Part shown: piece after piece, positions 57,611 through 64,000 of the stretch | How the letters are laid out: each line of letters opens with the position of its first letter | Numbering within the stretch: position 1 is the first letter of the stretch | Assembly: GCA_030390025.1 (NCBI GenBank) | Contig: CM059433.1 | Coordinates: forward strand, 9,984,001-10,048,000 | From: Squalus acanthias | Lineage: Eukaryota | Length of the DNA: 64,000 nt | Reading direction: 5' to 3' | The notes under the pieces: generated by a model | Told to the model about the DNA's origin: nothing | Seen by the model: only the letters and a program-made list of their open reading frames with translations | Databases searched by the model: none | Program-made: the position numbers and the translations under genes

Positions 57611-58676
57611 GAGGGATATTTGGATCACATGTGTGTGCTTTAACAAATGTTTCTTAGCACTGTTCTTTCAAGGAGCTAGGTTCGAGGACGGCCTGAAACT
57701 ATGAAGGACCGATGCGTATTGCCATGGTACGGTGGGATGCAGATTTAATCCCCACCCTCCGGAACTATTGATCGAGCCCATGTGGGGGAACCAAGCGAAG
57801 TCAATCTTCTCTCAGGTCAAAGGTAACGGCAGGGCATGCTCCATACCTCTCACTCACACCTGCCTTCACGACTAAAGAAGATGGTATGTAACCCAGGTAG
57901 ACAACAAGGGGGAAAAAATTGTTGGAGGATAACTTACTATAAAAAGAGGCTGCCACATTCCTGAGATGTCAAAATCAAGTATCCATGAGGAGTAAACCCA
58001 CAATAACCAAATTCAGACCAGTTTGCTCACCAATCATCCCGATTGGTCAAAGCGTGAACCCTGGAAAACCGTGACCACTTTATTCTTTCGATGATTTTTT
58101 TATTTTGGTTCCATCTTTTACCTTTTCTCCCTCCTCTCCTCGAGGCACAGGCTCATTCTGCGGGATGGTTCCATGGGCACCGGCAACACCCGAGGTACCT
58201 CTTGTTCCTGAACATCAAAATCAGATAAGCACTTTTAGCCAATGTACCGTTTGGTACGGGCACTGCTCTCATCGCTTACAGCACATCTCTTTCACCGTCA
58301 TTATCGTTTTCCAGCCTTTTCACACATTGCCAGCTATCAGGCATCAGGGAAGGACTCGGGCTGTTCACTCCAACCATAGGCAGTGGAACAGTATCATATC
58401 CTTTGAAGCCACATTCGAACTGCATCAAATTTAGTGAGCAAATAGCAAATATGTAGGTGAGATTTAATTAAGGAAGCCATGTCATTGTATACTTACTAAA
58501 TAATTGATTTACATTAGACAATTGCATAGCATACAGTGGAACGTAACTCTTGTGATCTCTGAAGTGGCACTTTGGGTAAGTTTATTAAGCAACTAATAAG
58601 TAAGTGAAAATTAATTAAACAGCGAATAATTATGTACTTACTAAATGAGCCATCTTGATTTAAAGTAGTACACTAG

Positions 58677-59481
58677 GGGCGCAATTTTGCCAGCCCTGGG
58701 AAGGCGGGTATGGAGGCGGGACTGCCAGGAAAATGGCAGAATTTGGGGGCGGGTGCCCAACCCGCCCCCAACCCGCCTCCGTGCCATCTTGCCTGGAGGC
58801 GGGAAGGGGATTACAGCCACTTAACTGCCTGTTTACAGGTAGTTAACAGGCAGATAAGAGGATTATCCCCATTTTGCCCACACAAGTGCGGGCTTCCCGA
58901 AGGCTGCGAACCCCGCCAGGGTCACCGAGGCGAGTAGTGGGTCTGCGGGGGTCGGAGGGATGAAAAAGTGTGCTGTGAAGGTGAGTGATGGGTGCAAGTG
59001 TGGAGAGGTGAGTATGTGAGGTAAGTGCAAAGTGATAGAAAAAGTTTACTTACATTTGTTTCTTCCTGCAGGCGTCAAGCGTTGGGTATGCGGAGAGTCT
59101 CGCACCTCCGCGACAGAGATGACAGATGGCTGCTGCATTCTCCAATGCAACAACCATCTAATTTCTGCAAAAGAAAGAGGTTTGATGAGTCTTGATTACA
59201 AGAACTCATCAAACAACAGAGAATGTCAGTGTTTGACAGCTTCACAGAGCTGTCAAACGATGACAATTCATCTGTCAAAATTTTTGACAGATGAAACGTC
59301 ATACGCTGACGTTCTCTGTCACCAGCTTCCCCTTAATTGGCCTGCTAAGCCCACTGGGCGGGCTTAACAAGGTCAATCAAGGGAAAATAGCGTGGGTTGG
59401 CCACAAGTCGATGGAGGCGGGACATCGACCCGACAAGCAGCAGTCCCGCCTCCAACGCGCCCCCATTAGAACAATCACCCC
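58677..59481 (-). mobile_element. PIF/Harbinger-type MITE (family A)
   Basis: Inverted homolog of 4637-5479; degenerate TIRs; TAG on both flanks. Confidence 0.8.
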
Positions 59482-59914
59482 TAGATTAAATACATTGCAA
59501 CTCTCTGTAGACTTTAAATTGCACCAAAACAAGCAAGTTAACATTGAATAACTATGGTAAGACATAGAGGGCGGGTTTTTCTGGGATTTCCGCGGCCCCT
59601 CCGTCAGCTAATTGGGAGAATCCCTGAGGAGGTTCCGGCATAAGTACTTAAAAGTAATTCAGTTGAACCGTGAATCGGTTTCTGACACATTATCATCTCT
59701 TCCTCCTGCTGCTTTATGTCAACAATGCTAATTGCAACAGTTGGTACAACTGGCATTATCTCAGCCTCGTGTGTCACTGACATTGGCGGATGTGCACGGT
59801 ACCAATCTGCCGATAGGCAATAATTCGAGGTGATCTGGTGTGCATACTTTGACCAGTATACACTGAATGATCCAAAATGAGACACACCCGGTACATTCAG
59901 AATGAATGAAGACG

Positions 59915-60280
59915 AAGAAAGACTTGCATTTGTATAGCGCCTTTCATGACCTCAGGCTGCCTGCCACAAAGCGCTTTACAGCCAATGAAGCACTTTTGAA
60001 GTGTAGTCACTGTTAGAATGTCGGAAACACGGCAGCTTATTTGCGCACAGCAAGGCCCCACAAAGAGCAATGTGATAATGACCAGGTAATCTGTTTTAGT
60101 GACGTTGGTTGAGGGATAAATATTGGCCAGGACACTTCGAACTAGTGGCCATGGGATGTTTTATGTCCACCTGAGAGGGCAGACGGGGCCTCGGTTCAAC
60201 GTCTCATCCTATAGATGGCACTTCCGACAGTGCAGCACTGGGAGTGTCACCCTAGATTATGTGCTCAAGTCTCTGGAGTT
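59915..60280 (-). mobile_element. Deu-domain SINE (older copy)
   Basis: Homologous to 60410-60820, with deletions. Confidence 0.85.
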
Positions 60281-60409
60281 TTCAATTCACTTCAATTCAC
60301 TTGAAGAGCAGAGACTCATGCCAATAGCAGAGACAACACCAGCCCTCTCAGCCCTACTGTTTCTGTAGTGAGTTGCTGAAGTGGGAAGGGGGTGGCTGGG
60401 GCGAGGAAA

Positions 60410-60883
60410 AGATAGAAAGACTTGCATTTATATAGCGCCTTTCACGACCACCGGACGTCTCAAAGCGCTTTACAGCCAATGAAGCACTTTTTGGAGTGGA
60501 GTCACTATTGTAATGTGGGAAACGCGGCAGCCAATTTGCGCACAGCAAGCTCCCACAAACAGCAATGTGATAATGACCAGATAATCTGTTTCTGTTATGT
60601 TGGTTGAGGAATAAATATTGGCCCCAGGACACTGGGGATATCTCCCCTGCTCTTCTTCGAAATAGGGTCATGGGATCTTTTACATCCACCTGGGAGAGCA
60701 GACAGAGCCTCGGTTTAACGTCTCATCTGAAAGGTGGCACCTCCAACAGTGTAGCACTCCCTCAGCACTGCACTGGGAGAGTGTCAGCCTAGCTTTATGT
60801 GCTCAAGTCCCTGGAGTAAGACTTGAACCCACAGCCTTCTGACTCAGAGGCGAGTGTGCTACCCACTGAGCCACAGCTGACAC
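60410..60883 (-). mobile_element. SacSINE1-like Deu SINE, full length
   Basis: Head tgtcagctgtggctcagtgggtagcac…gggttcaagtc through Deu domain to the L2-like tail. Confidence 0.92.
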
Positions 60884-61522
60884 TAAGGGAGAGGAAGTGT
60901 ATACAAAAAGTAAAACATGTTTTAAATATTATTTTTCTTGCTTTAACGTTCTAAAATCTACGCTGCTGACTTCTGACATTGGAGGGAAGCAAAGGCCCTG
61001 AGGACTAAAACCCATTCTGGTGGCAGGGGGGGGGGGGGGGTTGGGGGGCAGAGAATACTGTAAAAATGTTAACTGCCTTTTTGTCTTCTGTTATCTTTGG
61101 GCAGCCTCAGGGACCCAGCGCAAGCTCTACTGCCAGGCGCCCTTCCGTATGGGTGCACAATGGGCGAAATCAGAGGAAAGTGAGGGAGGAGGGCGAGAAA
61201 GGCCATTCCTACCTCCTGCCACCGGGCCTGCACCTATGGCATGTGCAGGTCCAGTAATGCTGAACTGAGGGAGCTCTGGAAATCCGGGGACAGCGTAGTG
61301 GGGGTGGGTGGGGGTGGGTGAGGGGTCGGGGGCAGAGACGTGACACAATGGGCTGCGCCCCAATTTCCTCTTTGCTGCACCTGGGAATGGAGCATTGCCC
61401 AGGTGCAAAAATATGACCCTCCCTCCTCCCCCCGATATACCCCACCTTTTTAAAAAATCATATATATAAGTAAATGCTTACATTACCCGTTTCAGTGCGG
61501 TTGATTAGAGTATCTCTAACAG

Positions 61523-61865
61523 AGAATCATAGAATGATACAGCACAGAAGGAGGCCATTTGGCTCATCGTGCCTGCTTTTTGAATGAGCTATCCAATTAG
61601 TCCCACTCCCCCATAGCCTTGCAATTTTTCCTTTTCAGGTATTTATCTAATTCCCTTTTGAAAGTTACTATTGAATCTACTTCCACCGCCCTTTCAGGCA
61701 GCGCGTTCCAGATCACAACCACGCACTACGTAAAAATATTTCTCCTCATCTCCCCTCTGGTTCTTTTGCCAATCTCGTTAAATCTGTGTCCTTTGGTTAC
61801 CGACCCTCCTGCCACTGGAAAACAATCCTTATTTATTCAATCAAAACCCTTCATAATTTTGAACG
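61523..61865 (-). mobile_element. CR1 3' fragment
   Basis: Homologous to 41642-42030 and 52143-52510. Confidence 0.85.
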
Positions 61866-62694
61866 TGTTCTAATTCAACTATGAAGCATGGCAGTCTCAA
61901 TAAAAAAACAAGTGAAATCTGAACTATTCAGCTTATAGCAAACAAATGGCACAATCCAGTGATATTAATGCAGGTCCGGTCAACAGAAAATCCATGTTTT
62001 AAGTTATGACACTCTGAAGATGTTGAGGGATCGACAACGCACGTCTGCTTGGGCTGAAGTTTGCTCATGGCATTTGCTGCTCGGTCGGCTAAATTAGACA
62101 GAAAGGAGGACGCAGCTCACTGCAAGGAATTTCCCGCATATTTTTTTAAGAAGCTTTAATCTGTCTTTACTTGTGCTGTTCCTGAAGTCTGTTGTTCTGC
62201 GATTCACCACAGCATGGGGTCATTGATCTGCCACATTTTTGCAGCCGTCTTCCTGTCGTTTTCATCATGCTAATTACAATGATTTATTCAGCGGGCGTGA
62301 TTGGTAAATTTACTGGCCACAGGATTGCTATTTCATATGTGTGAAACACCCCTTAATAGTCTGCAGACGCACTGAAGGTTTTACCAGGAACTGGGTGCCT
62401 GTAGCCAAATCAGAACTTAATATAAGCACTTTCTAGGTATTGTATTATTATAAATGGTGACAATGATAAGACCCACTGGGCGTCAATGAAAATGAATAAT
62501 CAGGAGAGATGTTTAACGGGCAGCTGATCTGATATCGCCCACTATAATCTATCGCCCAAAGTCAAAACAAACCCCCAGTGAGTCTTATCATCTTTATTTT
62601 ACCCCCCCCCGTCCCTGTTACGCTGGGTGCTGCACTTCCACTGTTAAAGGCGTTGTGCACGTCTCCAAACAACTCAAGCTCAAGTGGGAAAATA

Positions 62695-63165
62695 CATACG
62701 AACATACGAATTAGGAGCAGGAGTAGGCCATTCGGCCCCTCGAGCCTGCTCCGCCATTCAATAAGATCAAGGCTGATCCGATTACTTCACATTCCCGTCT
62801 ACCCCCGATAACCTTTCACCCCCTTGCTTATCAAGAATCTATCTACCTCTGCCTTAAAAATATTCAAAGACTCTGCTTCCACCGCCCTCTGAGGAAGAGA
62901 GTTCCAAAGAGTCACGACCCTCTGTGAGAAAAAATTTCTCCTCATCTCTGTCTTAAATGGGCGACCCCTTATTTTTAAACAGTGACCCCTAGTTCTAGAT
63001 TCTCCCACAAGAGGAAACATCCTCTCCACATCCAGCCTGTCCAGACCCCTCAGGATCTTATATGTTTCAATCAAGTCACCTCTTACTCTTCTAAACTCCA
63101 GCGGATACAAGCCTAGCCTGTCCAACCTTTCCTCATAAACAACCCGCCCATTCCAGGTATTAGTC
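62695..63165 (-). mobile_element. CR1 3' fragment
   Basis: YEERLDRLGLYPLEFRRVRGDLIETYKIL…; (TATGTTCG)n tail. Confidence 0.9.
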
Positions 63166-63199
63166 TTAAGACATGATTTAGCAGTCACCATAATCAAAA

Positions 63200-63447
63200 T
63201 GCAGCGATACTGTGTCCTACAGAGCCGGAAGATGCTGTGTTCGATCCCCGCTATGTGCTGAGTTAGCTAACCCCAGCTGGGGCAGCAGTAAGGATGTGCC
63301 AATTGACCTCAGCGCTCCTGGGCGATGGGAGAGGAAAATCAGGAATTTCTCCTGACCACTATCCCGACTGCAAGTGCATATATGGATATCAGGCGAGGAC
63401 TAGGTTGGATTATGATGCCTTTCTTGGTTGACTACCCTGCTGTCACG
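63200..63447 (+). mobile_element. Ancient tRNA-derived SINE (AmnSINE2-like) fragment
   Basis: gttcgatccccgctatgtgctgagttagc…aattgacctcagcgctcctggg; parallels 17540-17785. Confidence 0.55.
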
Positions 63448-63449
63448 TA

Positions 63450-64000
63450 GGGCTGGATTTTCTCAATGGAGACGTGCTGGAGGTGGACTGCTGGTTTCTG
63501 GGTTTCAGTCCCGCCCCTAGCGATGTCTGACCAACCCACGCTATTTTCCCTTGATTGGCCTTGTTAAGCCCGCCCTGCTTCTAAGGTGAGCCCTTGCACA
63601 CAGGCTCACCAAGACCTCTCTCCTCAGCAGAAAGCAGATGGCTGCTGCATCTGAGAATGCAGCAGCCATTCTGTCATCTCTGCCGTTGAGATGAGGAACC
63701 TCCGGATCCTCAAAGGTTGAAGTCTGCAGAAAGAAGCAAAGGTAAGGAAACTTTTTCCAACACTTTACACTCACCTCTCATACTTACCTGTCCACACTTG
63801 CACCCATCACTCACCTCTACAGCTGACATTTTGACCCCTCTGACCCCCGCAGACCCACTGCTCGTCTCGCTGACCCTGGCGAGGTTCGCAGCTGTCGGGA
63901 AGCCCTGCACCAGCAGGTGTAAAATGGGGAAACAGGCAGTTAATTGGCTGTAATCCCTTTCCCGCCTCGAGGAGACGGGTCCCTGCGCGAGTCGGGGACC
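63450..64000 (+). mobile_element. PIF/Harbinger-type MITE (family A), runs off the window
   Basis: Begins gggctggattttctcaatgg; homologous to 4637-5360. Confidence 0.8.

Overview
This is vertebrate nuclear DNA, almost certainly from an elasmobranch (shark), judging from HE1-type V-SINE and SacSINE1/Deu-type SINE copies and dense CR1/L2 LINEs. No host protein-coding gene could be identified with confidence; there is one candidate + strand exon at 38487-38710. The window reads as a large intron or gene desert in which short unique, AT/TAAT-rich islands sit among nested transposable elements. Main contents: (1) Two near-identical young CR1 copies in inverted orientation. The copy at 29847-33289 has an intact 953-aa APE-endonuclease/RT ORF2 and a partial SGNH-esterase ORF1. 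(2) A decayed but fully delimited PIF/Harbinger transposon (7910-14147, TIRs plus TAA TSD), a second Harbinger transposase relic, and several GGGC-ended MITEs with 3-bp TSDs. One MITE family carries a 91-nt intron-like module conserved in three diverged copies. (3) At least seven Penelope-like element fragments from two families, with GIY-YIG remnants, 8-15-bp TSDs and minimal type-I hammerhead ribozyme motifs. (4) An RTE LINE with a C2H2 finger, a solo LTR with a 4-bp TSD, a TA-flanked Tc1/mariner-type MITE, minisatellites, and an old unclassified inverted duplication that later insertions split apart. Family names come from recall of consensus motifs, not from database searches, and boundaries without a TSD are approximate.
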